A stretch of DNA of 64,000 bases from the human T2T-CHM13v2.0 reference genome, Homo sapiens. Positions within the stretch are counted from its first letter, which is position 1. Each line of letters begins with the position of its first letter. Made by a program: the position numbers and the translations under genes. The stretch is taken from assembly GCF_009914755.1 (NCBI RefSeq), contig NC_060926.1; one strand, written 5' to 3'. The notes under the pieces are model-generated. The model was given only the letters and a program-made list of their open reading frames with translations, was not told the DNA's origin and did not search any database. This document shows, one piece after another, positions 26,693 to 45,574 of the stretch.

Positions 26693-27079
26693 GATAAACA
26701 TTTTTAAAGTTCCATCTGTGTGTCATACATGGCATTAGAAGATAATAGTAATGTTAAAAGCTAATGTTTGTTGAGCACCCACTATATCCTAGACCTTGTT
26801 CTAAGAAGGGTTCATATCTTTGCTCATTGAATCTGCCATCCCCTTTTACAGAACAGGTAACTGGCTCACCCTCACTCAGCCAGGACATAAAGGAGTCAGG
26901 GTGGGATGGAGTGCCTGCCTTGAGGGGTACATTGCTCCCAGCTCCGAGGGAGGACCGGCCCGCCACACACTCCACCTCCTTTGGCAGAACATTTTTAGTT
27001 CCACATCTTGGAGAATTGGTTCCCCATCTAAACCCACAGGTTGTACCTAGGATTCTGCTGTTGAAATTGAAGGATGCCT

Positions 27080-27340
27080 CAGTTAGACAGGAGGAATAAG
27101 TTCAGGAGATCCATCGTACAGCATGGTGACTATACTTAAGAACAATGTGTTATATGCTTGAAAATTGCTTAGAGAGTAGATTCCAAGTATCCTCACAACA
27201 CACACAAAATAAGTAAATGACAAGTAATACATATGAATACATATGTTAAATGGCTTGATTTAGCCATCCCACAATGTATACCTATATCAAAGCATCATGC
27301 TATGTGCCATAAATATACACATTTTTGTCAATCAGAAAAT
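27080..27340 (+). mobile_element. L1MA-type 3' end
   Basis: gacaggaggaataagttcaggagatc...tacagcatggtgactata...ttgaaaattgct. Confidence 0.75.
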
Positions 27341-27599
27341 AACTCTAGAAACAACAAAACAAAGCCAACACTACTAAAAAGACAAAGAATGTAGTTAAGT
27401 CTTTTTTCTGCTTAATCAAGAGAAAGATCAATAAGATATAATAACTTAATGAAGAGAGAAAAAAGAAAAAGACTAGAGAAATTTAGAAAAGTTTCTTGAA
27501 AAACAAAGGGTGCGGTATCTTTTTTCCTCTTCATCCTCAGCTTTAGTTGAAAATTAAGTGAAGTATAAGGCAGTATACATACACTAATGCCAAGTGAAT

Positions 27600-27800
27600 A
27601 ACCAGACTCTCGCTGTCCACTATGGTAACCACTAACCACATGTGACTGCTGAGCATTTGAATCATAGCTAATCTAATTTGAAGACTTAGTACTCAAAAAA
27701 ATGTTAAATATCTCATTTCCTGTTTTTATATTGATTACACATTGAAATGATAATATTTTTTCTTGTTTTGGATTAAGTAAAATATATTATTAAAAATTTT
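27600..27800. mobile_element. hAT-Charlie MITE (MER3/MER33-like)
   Basis: gctgtccactatggtaaccactaaccacatgtgactgctgagcatttgaa. Confidence 0.6.
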
Positions 27801-27879
27801 AAAAAATTGAATGATGCTGGCCTTTTCAAATTTGAAAGAAGAAATTAGGTCAATGGGTTGGGTTTTCTCAATGTTCTGT

Positions 27880-28554
27880 TTTTGTTTTTTTTTTTTAGAT
27901 ACGGGGTTTTGCTTTGTCTTGCAGGCTGGAGTGCAGAGGTGTGATCAGCTCACGGCAGCTTCGAACTCTTGGGGCTCAAGTGATCCTTCCACCTCAGCCT
28001 CCCAACAGCTGGGATTACAGGCATGCACTACCATACCTGGCTCTCATATTTTAAAAGACTATATTGCTGTCTGGGTGCGGTGGCTCACACCTGTAATCTC
28101 AGCACTTTAGGAGGTTGAGGTGGGAGGATCACTTGAGCCCAGGAGTTGGAGGCTGCAGTGAACTGTGATCACCACTGCACTCCAGCCTGGGTGACAGAGC
28201 CAGACCCTGTCTCTAAAAAATAAAATAAAATGTGAGAAGTAAAAACAATTAAAAAAAAACACCCTGCACTCATCCACAATTCCATCACTGGAAATATTCA
28301 CTTTAATGTTTGAAAATGTATCTCCTAGTATGTATGTTTCGTTGTTTGTTTTTTAACCAGAGTGCAGTCATACTACACATACTACTTTTTTTTTTCTTTT
28401 AGAGGCAGGGTTTCACAGTGTAGTTCAGGCTGGAGTGCAGTGGCCACTCACAGGCATGATCATAGTGACTTACAGCCTGGAACTCCTGGACTCAAGCAAT
28501 CTTCCTTTCTCAGCCTCCCAGCTGGAATTACAGGCACATGCCACTGTGCCTGGC
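27880..28554. mobile_element. Cluster of three Alu monomers (FRAM/FAM/AluJ-type): 27880-28042 minus, 28070-28230 plus, 28385-28554 minus
   Basis: Three single-arm Alu-like units in alternating orientation. Confidence 0.8.
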
Positions 28555-28600
28555 TCTCATGTACTACTTTTTATCCAACTTTTTTTCACTTAATAAAATA

Positions 28601-28954
<354 letters not shown>

Positions 28955-29709
28955 TCAGGATTTTACATGACTGCATAGTATTTCACTGGACTAATATGGT
29001 ACAATTTGCTCAAGCCACTCTCTATCTTTGGAAATGTAGCTTGTTTCCTCATTTTTGCTATGATGAAACACATTATGATAAATATCTTTGCACATACACC
29101 CATCAGGAGAAATATCTAGTTTTTAAGGCTTTTGACAGCTACTACAGGGGATTACCCACAGGAAAGTTTGTACCAACATGAATTCATATAAGCCTTGTAT
29201 AAAAATATGCATTTTCCAACACTAATACTAGCATTAACATTTCATCAATATTATTGTATTTCAATGTGTAGCTTTGGTTTACTAATAAAGTAAAATTTTT
29301 CTTCCCAACTGCTTATTAGGCATCTGTATTTTTTTTCTGAATTTATTTGACAGAGCTCCTTATATATGAAGGATAGTAAGCTGTCATTATATATTGAAGT
29401 ATTTTTCCAGGTTTGCCATTCATCTTTTTATGTTTTTGTGGCATTTTCGACAGAGTCAAAGCTATCTTTATTTTCATTTATACTTTATTTATTTGGTATC
29501 AGGCTTACAAAAAACTATCATCCCAAGATCATTTAATCTTTACCTGAATTTTTCCCTAGCAATTTTACAGCTTTATTATCTCACATGACGATCCTTTTAG
29601 AATTTATTTTGATTTAATACACTAGGTTTGCATCTAGTTTTTACTCTCCTCTCCACCACCCATAGCAGTTAGACAGCGTCTCAATATCATTTACTGAAAA
29701 GTTATCCAA

Positions 29710-31430
29710 TCGTTCATTTATTCAGTAAACAGTTTATCTAAGACCCATAGGACCAGGCATTGTTCTAGGTCCTTGGGATACAAGAAGGAACTTTCATTCT
29801 AATGGAAACAGCAGATAATGGCAACTAAATATATATGGTAAATGGAGCTAAATGCAGTGAACAGGGAGAGGCTGGCTATTTTATACAAGGTGGTCAGGGA
29901 AGCTCTCTCTGAAATGGTGGCATTGGGCAGAGACCTAAAGGGAGTGAGAGGTGACCTATGCATCTGGGGAAGAGCTCCAAGGTGCTAGGCCATGACATAG
30001 GAGTGTTCAAGAAATGATGAAGAGACCACTCTACTGGAGCAGTACCACAAATAAGGGAGAGAGCACCAGAACAGTTCAGAGGGGTGACAGGAGCCAGATC
30101 ATGTAGCCCCTGATAGGTCACAGTGAAGACCTTGGATTTTGCACTGGGTGAGGGTAGTGGATTGTATTTCCCAAAGATGGCCACAGCAGTGTGTGTGAGA
30201 TCTTTTGCAATGTGACATTGTCACGCCTCCCTCAGGAGGTGGAACCTATTCCTCAACCTCTTTGAGTCTTAGCAGGCCTGGTGACTGCTTTTGTCAATAG
30301 AAGACGGGATAAAGGCTGCTGTGTATTTTAGGAGCAACTCTTAACTGCTGTGGCAGCTTCTGCTTCCTGCCTCTTAGAAACCAATCACAATGCAAAAAGT
30401 GCAACCACCAAAACATGGCCATTCTGTGAGAAGCCCAAGGCACAGGGAGAGCCTGGGAGAATGAGATGCCACATGAAGAGAGAGAGCGCCCAAGGAGCTC
30501 CAAGGCACCAGACGTGTGAGTGGAAGGGGATCCTCCTGCTCAGCCAGCCCAGACAACCAAATACCCAGATTCATGACCCATGACATCTTGAGCAAATGCG
30601 GAAGGTTGTTTTGAGCCACCATGGTTTAGGGTAGTTGGTTATGCGGCAAGGGACAACTGGAACTGTGAAATAGGGACCCATAGGAGAGTTCTGAGCAGTC
30701 ATATATTTTGACTTAAGTGTTATAAGAATTCCTCCAGCTCTGCGCTAAGAACAGTGTGAAGGAGGGAGAGTGTGGAAAGAAGATTACTTTGGAGAGCAGG
30801 GGAGAGACCATAGGATCTAGGACCAGGGAGGCAGAGGCTAAAGTGCTAAGAAGCAATTCAATTCTGGATGATTTCAAAGAACACACAGATGGGATTTGCT
30901 GATGGATTAGCTATGGGTTGTGAAGGAAAGAAGTGAAGGATGGCTTCAAGGTCCTAGGCTGACACTGGAAGAATGAAGGGGCTTTGTGGGGATGTGAGAA
31001 AACTGTGGGAGGAACAGGGCTGGAGTTAGAGAAATTAGCAATTCTGCTTCGGACATGTTAAGACGTAAGGTTGAACACACATTCAAAAGGAGAGACTGAG
31101 TGTTGTGCGAGAGCTGGGTCTGTAGTTGGGAAAGAAGTCAGGGCTGGGAGATGTAAGTTTGGGCATCGTTGGTGTTTCAGTGGTCACAGTGGACCAGATC
31201 ATCTGGGAGCGAATGCAGATAAAGCAGGGCCATCGGGGGACTGGGGCGCTTCACCACCCGGAGATGTGGGAGAGGTGGAGAAGGCACCCAAAAGGGAGGC
31301 CGAGAAGGCGCGGCCAGTGTGGTAGGAAGAGAGGAAGAGAATGATGATCTGGGAGGCAGAGGAGGAAGGTTTCCAGAAGGAAGAAGTGAATGTGTCAAAT
31401 CAGCTGAAGAATCAAGTCAAATGAAGACTG
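29710..31430 (-). mobile_element. L2 element interrupted by an MLT1 LTR
   Basis: L2 motifs: ttcattttattcagtaaaca, tggtcagggaagctctctctga, gatggattagctatggg. Approximate. Confidence 0.7.
30154..30664 (+). mobile_element. MLT1 LTR (MaLR)
   Basis: Start tatttcccaaagatggccac; end gttgttttgagccaccatggtttagggtagttggttatgc...caactggaac. Confidence 0.75.
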
Positions 31431-32939
31431 ACAATTCTCACTATGACTGTCCTCATTCTTGAAATTACTGATTTGAAAAGGGGCTTTTCCCATATTCTAA
31501 ATGGACACATGTGGGAGTGTGTGTGCACTTTCACACTTTCCCTTCTCCCCCATTGATCTGTTTATCCATTTGGAGCTATGTGACCGCTGAAGCTTTTGTA
31601 TCTGACAAAACAAGTAGCACACTTCCTCTTTTTCTCATCTTTTTTTCAAAAGTATCCTGGTTATTCTTATCTAAAATTAATTTGAAATTTGACATTTGAA
31701 TTTTATCAAGTCCTCTCCCTCCCCAAATGCATTGGAATTTTAATTTAATCTTTTAAAATAAAAATTGGTTTCCTGAGAGTTGATATTGAGTTTTCTATGT
31801 GGTATATGTTTCCATTTATGTATGTTTTACATCGCTAAGTAGATTTTATAGATTCTTTTTATATAGGTCTTGTGGTGTTTCCTCTTAAATTCTTTTCTAG
31901 GTATTTAACTTTTGATGCCTTTTATGAATTGCATCCCATTTCCCCATTGCATTTTCTTACTGGCCTTTTTCTTTTTGCCATAAGGAATCTATTTATATAT
32001 AAAGAATTCTATTATTTTGAATTATTTTACTGCTGATACAAACAGATTGCAACACCTTTATTATTTTCACCGCGTGGGATCCCACATGTATGAAGTTATA
32101 TAACCGATGTATAAGGCTGTCCTAATCTCTGCTAGTAAAATCGTTCCTAGTTTGGAGGATGGGATTTAATATGACAGGATTTCATGGTGTTTCCCAAAGA
32201 ACTTCATGATTTCCAGGTGCTCTGGGAATGACTGTAGCCACACATCTCAGAATGTCCCAGATATTCCCAATTTCAAAGATTTTTCCCTTTGTTAACCCAT
32301 GAGTCAGACCATATGTCCTTTGATCTTTGCTTCAAAAAATATTGCCATGGTATTTAGAAACAGGGACAGCCCAGGCAAAGTTGTAACACAAGGGATGTTT
32401 TTCCTCTGAGCCCCTAACTTACCCCTCAGTACTCTTCCTGGTTATGTGTGACTGGTGCGTGCATGTGTGCACGTGCACACGTGCATACACACACACACAC
32501 ACACACACAGAGGCATCCTGGAGGAAAGGGATTTTATTCAAATACAACCACATGAACTGCCTGTACAGCCTAGACTCAGGATCGCCCTAAGGGAGTTGGC
32601 ATGGAAGATTTCAGAGCTGGGCAGACTGGGCGGGGACCTCTCATCTGTGTTTCCTGAGGGTCACCTAGCCTCTTTGAGCCTCCGTTCTCCATAGGTGAAA
32701 GGAGTGTATCATATCTGCCTTGCAGGGGTGTTGTGGGACTCAGAAGATGTCCATAACATCTATGCCCAGTGTAGAGTAGGAACTGGGAAATAATATCCAT
32801 TACTGTGATTTTGTGAGGAGTTCCAGATAACTGCTCAGGTCTTTAAGAGAATTCCTTGGTCTTCATACTCCACTCCCAGCTGTGGAAGCAAAGCAATCAG
32901 AATGAGGATGCAGGAAGCATGGGGTGGCCATCTGCCAGT

Positions 32940-33490
32940 TCTCCCTTTTGTATGCCTATTTCTGCAAACAAACCCACCAACGATTAGATTGCCCATGATA
33001 ACAAGCCAGCCTCCACTCAGAGCTCACCGTGCAATGACTGTGTGGAAGACATTTGTGATTTTTTTGCTGTCACCACCAACTATCTTCCCTTCCTGTTACC
33101 ACCGCAGTCTTCCTTCTGGGGATGCCTCACCATGCATAGATGTGGGAGATAGGCCGGAAGTCTAATGGAGGGTCTACCTTTCCTCAAGGGGCAAGCATGT
33201 GATCTAAACAGGGGTCATCACTCTCTCCCCTCTTTCTGGGATTTTAAATAAGTGACATCCCAATATGGGGACAATTGAGGTCATATCTGTCACTGTGGCA
33301 GCCACATCATGTGGCCCAGACTGTTGCCACATTTCCATTCCTGTGGTTCTTAACGGTGTTCTTACCTTTGCTTGCTGCTCTATTTTAAGTCAATCAGCCC
33401 CCAATATTGTTCTGCTAGATTGACATTTTGTTCAGCATAGCCTGATTCAGTTTCTGTCTTTTGCAACAGGAGCACTGTCTGATACAACCA
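32940..33490 (+). mobile_element. Old MLT1-type LTR
   Basis: ggggcaagcatgtgatctaa and attcagtttctgtcttttgcaac motifs. Approximate. Confidence 0.45.
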
Positions 33491-33603
33491 GACTCCAAGA
33501 GGAAAATAGAAAAAGGGAGCTCATACCACTTAAAAAGATTTCTCTTTACTGTGGTCATCATCCAGGGCTTGGGAGAAAGGTGAAATCTTAAAAGATACCA
33601 GTA

Positions 33604-33905
33604 GGCCGGGTGCAGTGGCTCATGCCTGTAATCCCAGCAGTTTGGGAGGCCAACGGGGGGCGCATCACCTGAGGTCAGGAGTTCGAGACAAGCCTGGCCA
33701 ATATGGTGAAACCCCATCTCTACTAAAAATACAAAAATTAGCCAGGCGTGACGGTGGGCGCCTGTAATCCCAGCTCCTCAGGAGACTGAGGCAGGAAAAT
33801 CACTTGAACCCAGGAGGCGGAGGCTGCAGTGAGCCGAAATCATGGCACTGCTCTCCAGCCTGGGTAACAGAGCAAGACTCTGTCTCAAAAAAAAAAAAAA
33901 AAAAA
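33604..33905 (+). mobile_element. AluS
   Basis: Full Alu with A tail and degenerate TSD aaaagatacca/aaaagacacca. Confidence 0.93.
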
Positions 33906-35921
33906 GACACCACTAAATGGGACACAACAACTGAGTTGAAGTTATGCATCATTACATTAGAGAGGATTTGGGGGTAGAATGCCTTTCTGTTTGCCAATTT
34001 ATCATCAAAGGGGCAAGAGGATGAAGGGCGGAAGGGAAGTGGTGAATATCAACTTATACAACCACCACTCAAACACAAACTCTTTGCATGCTTTTAGGAG
34101 AACTTGAAACAATTTCAATTTTCAGGATGGGGAAAAGTAAAAGCCCTATTTGCCCTTTCTCTCTTCATTATCCATGGTCTCCACATTGCTCCTTGGTCCT
34201 GAGAAAGCTGCCACAAAGCATTTTACTAGTTATCTGATTGTCATTCCATTTAACATGTCCCCTGGTCTGCTGGCTGATGGTAGTTTAAGCAGGATCTAAT
34301 TGGTAACATATTGCCGATTGAATTAAGTGCCATATGATAGAGATTTAAACCATGGTAATTTTTCCATAAAGAAAAATCTGTCAACAGGCTATAGGGGAGG
34401 AACAGCAATAAATCAAATTGTCGTGTTTATTAGTTATTGCAGGAGTCTAGTTGTCTTGTATTCATTATAACCCCCCATTTTTAGTGCAGACAAAAACTAC
34501 AAAGAGGAATATCTGTGCAAGATGCTTTTTAATAGGTTTGTATTTGTACACAAACACCTGCTTGTATTTTAATGATGAGAACAATGGTGCCATTTCACTT
34601 TGAAAGGAGCATGTATTTTTGGCTGTTTTCTGGATGAAGAATAATGTTTTTAGTTTTTGTCAAAGCTATGTTTTAAAACATTGAGAATCAACTCACTAAT
34701 AACCAAAAAAAAGGCAAATGAAAGCAGAAATGAGATATGACTTGTTTGTCAGACTTGGAAATACTAAAAGAACAGATAGGATGATTGCACTAAAGGATTT
34801 CTAGAACAGTCATTGCAATTTAACTTGTGATATTCAAAAACCGGAAATCAACTAAATTTTCATATATGGGAATGGTTGCACAAATTATGGAACATCAGCT
34901 CCAGAGGGTGCAAATGGGTCATTTGAAAGAACAAGTTAAATCATACCTAATGACATGTCATTAAGAACCAACATTATTTATACTTTTCATTTCCATTTAA
35001 CTTGCCTTTACCGAAGGTGGATTTCAACATGTTTTCCTTACATGACTCGGAAATAATATAACAGCATTTTACGTATGTAGACTCATTGAGCCCTCATAAA
35101 ATCCTGTGAACTCTGTAGGACAGGACATTACACCCACTTCACAGAAAAAGATGTGGAAGTGCAGAAGATAAAAGTTATTTATGGAAGGGTCCATAGCTGT
35201 CAACCTTGATAGGCAAGACATCAGGTCCTTCCTCTGAGTAGTGGTGTAGAAAAAATGGTTGGAATTTAGAAACCAGCATCCAGCTCCTCACCATGCCTTC
35301 AGCTTTCTCTGTGACTTTGAACTTGTTTCTTAAACTCTCTGAAACTGGACGTCCTCACTGGTCACGTTTTGTTACTACTTGCTTTGTATTCTGGGTGTGA
35401 TGGGTGGGGGATTGGGACACAGAATCTGGAGATGGTCAGATCCCAACGCTGCTATTTCCCTGCTCTGCACTCTTAGGCTACCTACCAATCTCTCCTCTAA
35501 AATAAGCATAATTGCAATGGCTCAGATACAATAACAAAATGTGTGTAAAATGCCGAGCACCACGTCTCACACCTGAGAGGCACTGAATGCATGTTATATA
35601 CTATCATTTGGATGTCACCGTTCCATGTGCCTATTTCCTGGTTTGCTGTACAAGATGTGTATGAGTACATGTCATCAAGCCCACAGAGCTCCAGAACATG
35701 TTCCTCTCACAAGCAGGCCTCATAGGGAGGGGTGTTCTGTGCTGTTCCTCTTTCCTGCTCATTACTTGTCTGTAGCTACAGTGTAAGGAATGTAATGTCA
35801 CTGCTCTGGCCTTAAGTGTCACCCCCCAAACCCATTTTACACACACCACCTCCCACCTTTCACCTTTCCCAAACTCTTACCATGTCCCTTCAAGTTTGAT
35901 GGCTTAATTGTACAAAAGGTA

Positions 35922-35952
35922 GTGATGATGATGATGATGATGATGATGATGA
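35922..35952. repeat. (TGA)n microsatellite, followed by a MIR (~35965-36170)
   Basis: About 10 TGA units, then antisense MIR-like acttactgagccctttcaatgttccaggcact. Confidence 0.9.
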
Positions 35953-37433
35953 CAATGATAACAGCTGCTAATACTTACTGAGCCCTTTCAATGTTCCAGG
36001 CACTTGTCTAAGCACTTTACATGTATTAGCTTATTTAATTCTTAAGAGGAAGGGATTACTATCTACTATTGTACTTGTGTTACAGATGTGGGAACTCCGA
36101 TGCAGAGATGTATAGTGACTTGCCTAAAACCATCATGTTAGAGTGGGAATTTAAACCTTGAAATCTGGAAAATAAGCAATGTATATATTTTTCTATTTTC
36201 TAAATGCAAATCAAATATACATATGCATAACACCACTAAACACTAAGTGCAGTTACGCCTAGAACAAGGGAATAGCAGTTGACAGAAACACAACCAAAAC
36301 TAAGAATATTAAATGTCTGTATTACTTTCACTGTAATCACTTCACTTCAACAGTGAGATGGGATAGCCGTAGGTAAAGGAAGGTGCTCTTGTAGTTAGAA
36401 CATTCTTAAATTTTGCACCAAGGAACACATGCTTTTAATAATGGCAGAGACAACATTTTTTGATGGATTATTTAGTTTGTACGATCAACATTCAAAGAAT
36501 GAGTTTACCACCACTTTGTTATTGTAAACACTTGACCTTTAGCTACCTGAATGATCCCCTCTTTGAATAAAAGGAATTATGAAACACATGTGTAGACATA
36601 TTTCATTTTTATATATGTGAGACTTGAATAGCAAGGAAATCACATATTAGGAAAAAAACCCCTTTGTCTTGCTATTAGTTCTCTTTGGTTTCAAAAATCT
36701 GGTCACTGTGTATATTGCATTATATCATATGTGTGTGTACATATATATACACACATAAACACACATACACACAATGTCATGTGTATAAATACATGATGTG
36801 TTTATGCACATACACAGACACACACACACAAATACACACATATACAATGTTCCATCCAAGAAATACAAATATAGTGCTGTTAGCCCCTAACAGTGAGGAG
36901 GTCATTATTCCAAGTCATTTCTGCAGAAGTGACGGTGGCCTTAGGTGGAACTGCCCATGATCTCTCCTTGCAAGCTCACTCACTGGGGCCATTGACTGGG
37001 ATCCAGTCTGTGGCCATGTCATGGTTTCTATTTTTGAGGTTATAGCTAATGAGCAACATGAGGTTAAGACACACTTTTCATAAGGCCCCAGCCAGCATCA
37101 TAAATATGTGTGTGAGCATGTTCACACTCAGGTTATGTCTTCTTTATGTGCACCCTCTACCACACACACACACACACATGCACACGCACACACACTCACG
37201 GCTTCAGTGACCAACTTTGGTCACATCCCATCTCTTCCTTCTCAATCCCTCTGGCTGTTCACCAGGGCCTGGACCATCTCGGTGAGGCTGACCAAGAATG
37301 CTCCCCCTGCCCTGACCAGCGGAGCATGGGCACAGCTACTTAGAGCGCCACCCTTCAGGACACAAAGTCGGGGCTACCTCTCTTCCAGGCAAGGCATCCT
37401 AGAGGGCCCGCACACCCTCCAGTTTGATCTTAC

Positions 37434-37545
37434 CTCTCAGCTCCCGTTCCTTTTCTTTCTCTCCCCAGTAAGTCGTTGAACGTCTTTCTTCTGAGGCTGA
37501 GCGTGGAGCTCTCTTCTCGCTGGCGAGCTTTCTGAATGGCACTTT
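37434..37545 (-). other. Candidate 112-nt internal exon
   Basis: Acceptor gtgac...gctcttcctgtttgtacAG and donor GAG|GTAAGA. Purine-rich body with 6 CpGs. No transcript evidence available. Confidence 0.4.
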
Positions 37546-38079
37546 CTGTACAAACAGGAAGAGCACGTGTGGTCACAACCCAAGTGTGCAGGTGTTGATA
37601 GAGGATGTGAAAGTGTGGAGGCGAGTGACTAAACCAGATACCCAACCGGCCAACTCTCACTTGTGGCAGGGCCTGGTCTACCAGAAGGCTGGAAGCAGGA
37701 ACCTGGACTCTACTCTGGGGAGACCAACTGACAAAAGCAGAGGATGGTGGCCCTGGAGGCCAAGGGAGAAGGCCTCTTTGACTCCTGTGCTTTCTAACCC
37801 TATGCAGACCCATAAAAGAATCCCAGGAACATTTTGGAATCTCTTAGATATATGATTATCAAGAATGTTGATTTCAATGGGCTGCTTAACTTGTCCAAAG
37901 CTCTGCTGGTTTCCCAGGCTGTCTGGGCCTCCAAGAGATCAGGAACAAAGGCTCATCCTGCATCAGAACTGTGACAAGTCTTCCAGACCTTTCTAGAACA
38001 AAGCTACACCAGGAAAGAAGAGTCTTAGGCAAGGAATCAGATGTCCTAAGGCTGCTCTACATGACCTACATGATGGGTG

Positions 38080-41580
<3,501 letters not shown>

Positions 41581-42872
41581 TTTACTAGACTGCAGTGAGG
41601 GAAAACAAACTTGAGTGCCAATTCGGTCAAATAGTCACTGTGTGACCTCAAGCAAGTTGTGACATCCTGGAGCTTCAGTTTCCTCAGCTGTAACATGGAA
41701 AGCCCAGTCAATACCCATCCTCCCACAGGGGCACGGTTGCTGCCAAAGCAGGTCATAAACTGCAAAGCTTTTTACAGAAGTGATGTGTCTGGGTGTATCT
41801 GGACTCTTCTCCTTTCCTGGTGTAGCTTTCTTCTAGAAAGGTCTGGAAGACTTGTCACAGTCCTGACACAGGATGAGCCTTTGGTCCTGGTCTCTTGGAT
41901 GCCCAGACAGCCTGGGGAGCCAGCAGAGCGAGGCGTGATGTTAGAAGATAGTGGGAGGGTTCTGGGCCATGCTGTGTCCACACAGGTTGGCGGCAGGAAC
42001 GCTGTGCACCAAGCAGGCCCCACTTCTCCAGCAGGAGAAAGCCGGGGCTTCACCACCACCCCCAGGAAGGGCTGTGTCTCTGCCTGTAGCTCCCCTGGGC
42101 CATTTCCCTGTTTACCATGCAAAGTTCCTTTGGCTTTCCTGGAGGGAAGAAGTGCATCTTGCAGCCGAAGCATGCCCTGTGATTGGGAATGAGACCCTAG
42201 GAAACACACCTTGTCCTGTCCTCCAGGACCCCGGAAACAGGCCCACACAGCCTGCATTCTCTGGGCATGAGGATGGCAAGGACACAGAGGGCCTGCGTGA
42301 GTCTCTTCGTGAGGCTGGGAGGGGACAGAGACATGCGTATGGGAATCCCCATTGAGCAAAGGGACAGCTAAGGTGTTAGTGGGTGAGGGAGTACTGGTTA
42401 GAACTGACTGGGGCCATTTATCATAATTCCCAACCAGGCTGGGTGTTGGTGGCCCATTCTGTCCTGGTGCTAGGTTGGGGACAGAAATGGGCAAGGAGGG
42501 AGGAGGGTCGTGAATGCCCATCAGAGGCCAACTTCATCTTCACTGACCCTGTGGGCTCCCATGTCACAGCTGACAGGGTGGCTGCCCTCAGCAGGTACCA
42601 CGAATTTTGGCTGAGTGAACAGGGGATTGAATCTAATCAATGCCTGTTGTGTGTATATTTATATCTCTTGTTTATCCTATGTGATAATAAAAAAGCTGTC
42701 ATTTATTGAAGCTTACTATGCACCGAGAAGCACTTCTATGCATTAATGTATTTAATCTTCATGATTACATGAATGTATTTAATCTTAGCCTCATTTTACC
42801 AATGAGGAAAATGAGGCACAGATGTTTAAGAAATTGCCCAAGGTCAAACAGATCGTTAATAATAGAGTAAGG

Positions 42873-43233
<361 letters not shown>

Positions 43234-43577
43234 TCACTCTTGCTCCCTCCCTACACACACACACACACGCACACACATTTCATTCACATACACTTGTATC
43301 TATGTGTAAAGACAGGTGTACACATTGTGTTTATATTTGTATGTAAATCTATACGCATAATGTTTATTCCTGGCATGGCTGTCCCACATGAAATTTTCAT
43401 TAGATTACTCAGCCTTGCTATAAACAACCCAAAACATACGCGTGTATATAAAGTGATTTTACCTCATATGTTAGAATCACATAAATCAAATGGGGGAGAA
43501 AATGAGAAGAGGCTAAGTTAGTTGAACAACGTATCTCTGTTAGAACCAAATGACATTTAGTTTTAAAAGTAGATTAA

Positions 43578-43828
43578 GGCCGGGCACAGTGGCTCATGCC
43601 TGTAATCTCAGTGCTCTGGGAGGCTGAAGTGGAGGACTGCTTGAAGCCAGGAGTACAAGCCCAGCCTGGGTAACATAGTGGGACCCTATCTCTATAAAAA
43701 ATTAAAAATTAGGCAAGCGTGGTGGCATAGGCTTTTTGTCCCAGCTACTCAGGAAGTTGAGGCAAGAGGATAGCTTGAGCCCAGAAGTTAGAGACTGCAA
43801 CCCCTACTCTTAAAGAAATTTTTAAAAA
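43578..43828 (+). mobile_element. AluJ with right-arm deletion
   Basis: Alu body with TSD aaaagtagattaa. Confidence 0.85.
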
Positions 43829-44578
43829 AGTAGATTAAAAAAGAAACAAAAGGAAAGGAGGCACAAGTCCCACACATGCATTTTAGAAAGACATCATGCA
43901 AGTGGGGAATGCATTCAGGGGAGAGATGTGGAGCAGCCCATCACCAATAAGAAAAATTGCTGCCTGGGCCACTCCGTATGTAATTCATGATTGGAACATG
44001 AAGCAGGGACTGCAGCAGTGATATAAGAAGACACAAATAGGGCCGACAGGGATGGAACATAATTACAGAGACACTCAATCTGCTGGTAGCATTTACCAAA
44101 GAATAAGTTGCATACACGAGAATTTGCATACAAATGAGATACAGAAAGCACAGGAACAGGATAGCGATAAGGCCTCATACATGGTATTAAAGCATGTCAG
44201 AGGCAAAAAAAAAAAATCATTAAGTTGATACCATGTAGGGTTAGCTATATTACATCACCAAAATAAATTTTAAATGGCTGACTGAGCTTTAAACAGGTAC
44301 ATGGCTTTCAAATCACAATATTAGCCAGTATTTGGGGTGTGTGTATCTCATTTTTATTGGTTGGCCTTGTGTATTTGAAATATTATTTTAGGAAATAATA
44401 TTTTAAAATGAATGCCAAATTTTCATAAACATTATTTTTAATTCTCTTGTGATAGGCTGCATACAATTCCTAGGCAAGACTTTTTAAGAATAATTTCTTC
44501 AAATACTTCTTTGCCATTGACACAAACTCTGTTTACACAAATAGGTCAGAAAAATATAAACGTATACATAACCATTCA

Positions 44579-45250
<672 letters not shown>

Positions 45251-45418
45251 CTAGGAGGATTGCTCTGCTCCTAGCAAACTTTTGGACAAAAATTTCCAAA
45301 GTATATAATGATAGAGTTTTACAGCTGAGACCTGGACGTGTTCCTGCTCACTCTCCCTGATGCCCAGCCTCATCCCTGCTGTGTAACTTGCTCTTTGGGC
45401 ACCCCTCAATGAACTTAC

Positions 45419-45574
45419 CTGCTCCGTGAGGGGCCCCTGCAGATCTCTTTGGGTGGCTGTGGAATCAGATGCCCAGGCAGTAGACACTTCCTGGCCTGTG
45501 CTCAATGTATGCAGTCCAGCGGAGAGAGCCGGGAATAGCTCCTTGTATTCTGTCTCTGACATATTGTGGGCCAT
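45419..45574 (-). other. Candidate exon segment: ATG plus 52 open codons ending at a consensus donor
   Basis: ATG at 45574, open to CAG|GTAAGT at 45419 (phase 0). Non-repetitive. Unverified. Confidence 0.3.

Noticed and set aside
41772-42521. 249-aa minus-strand ORF and overlapping plus-strand ORFs
   Set aside because: No recognisable domain; several overlapping open frames in GC-richer DNA suggest chance. The peptide shared with ORF 37971-38177 only reflects the inverted repeat.
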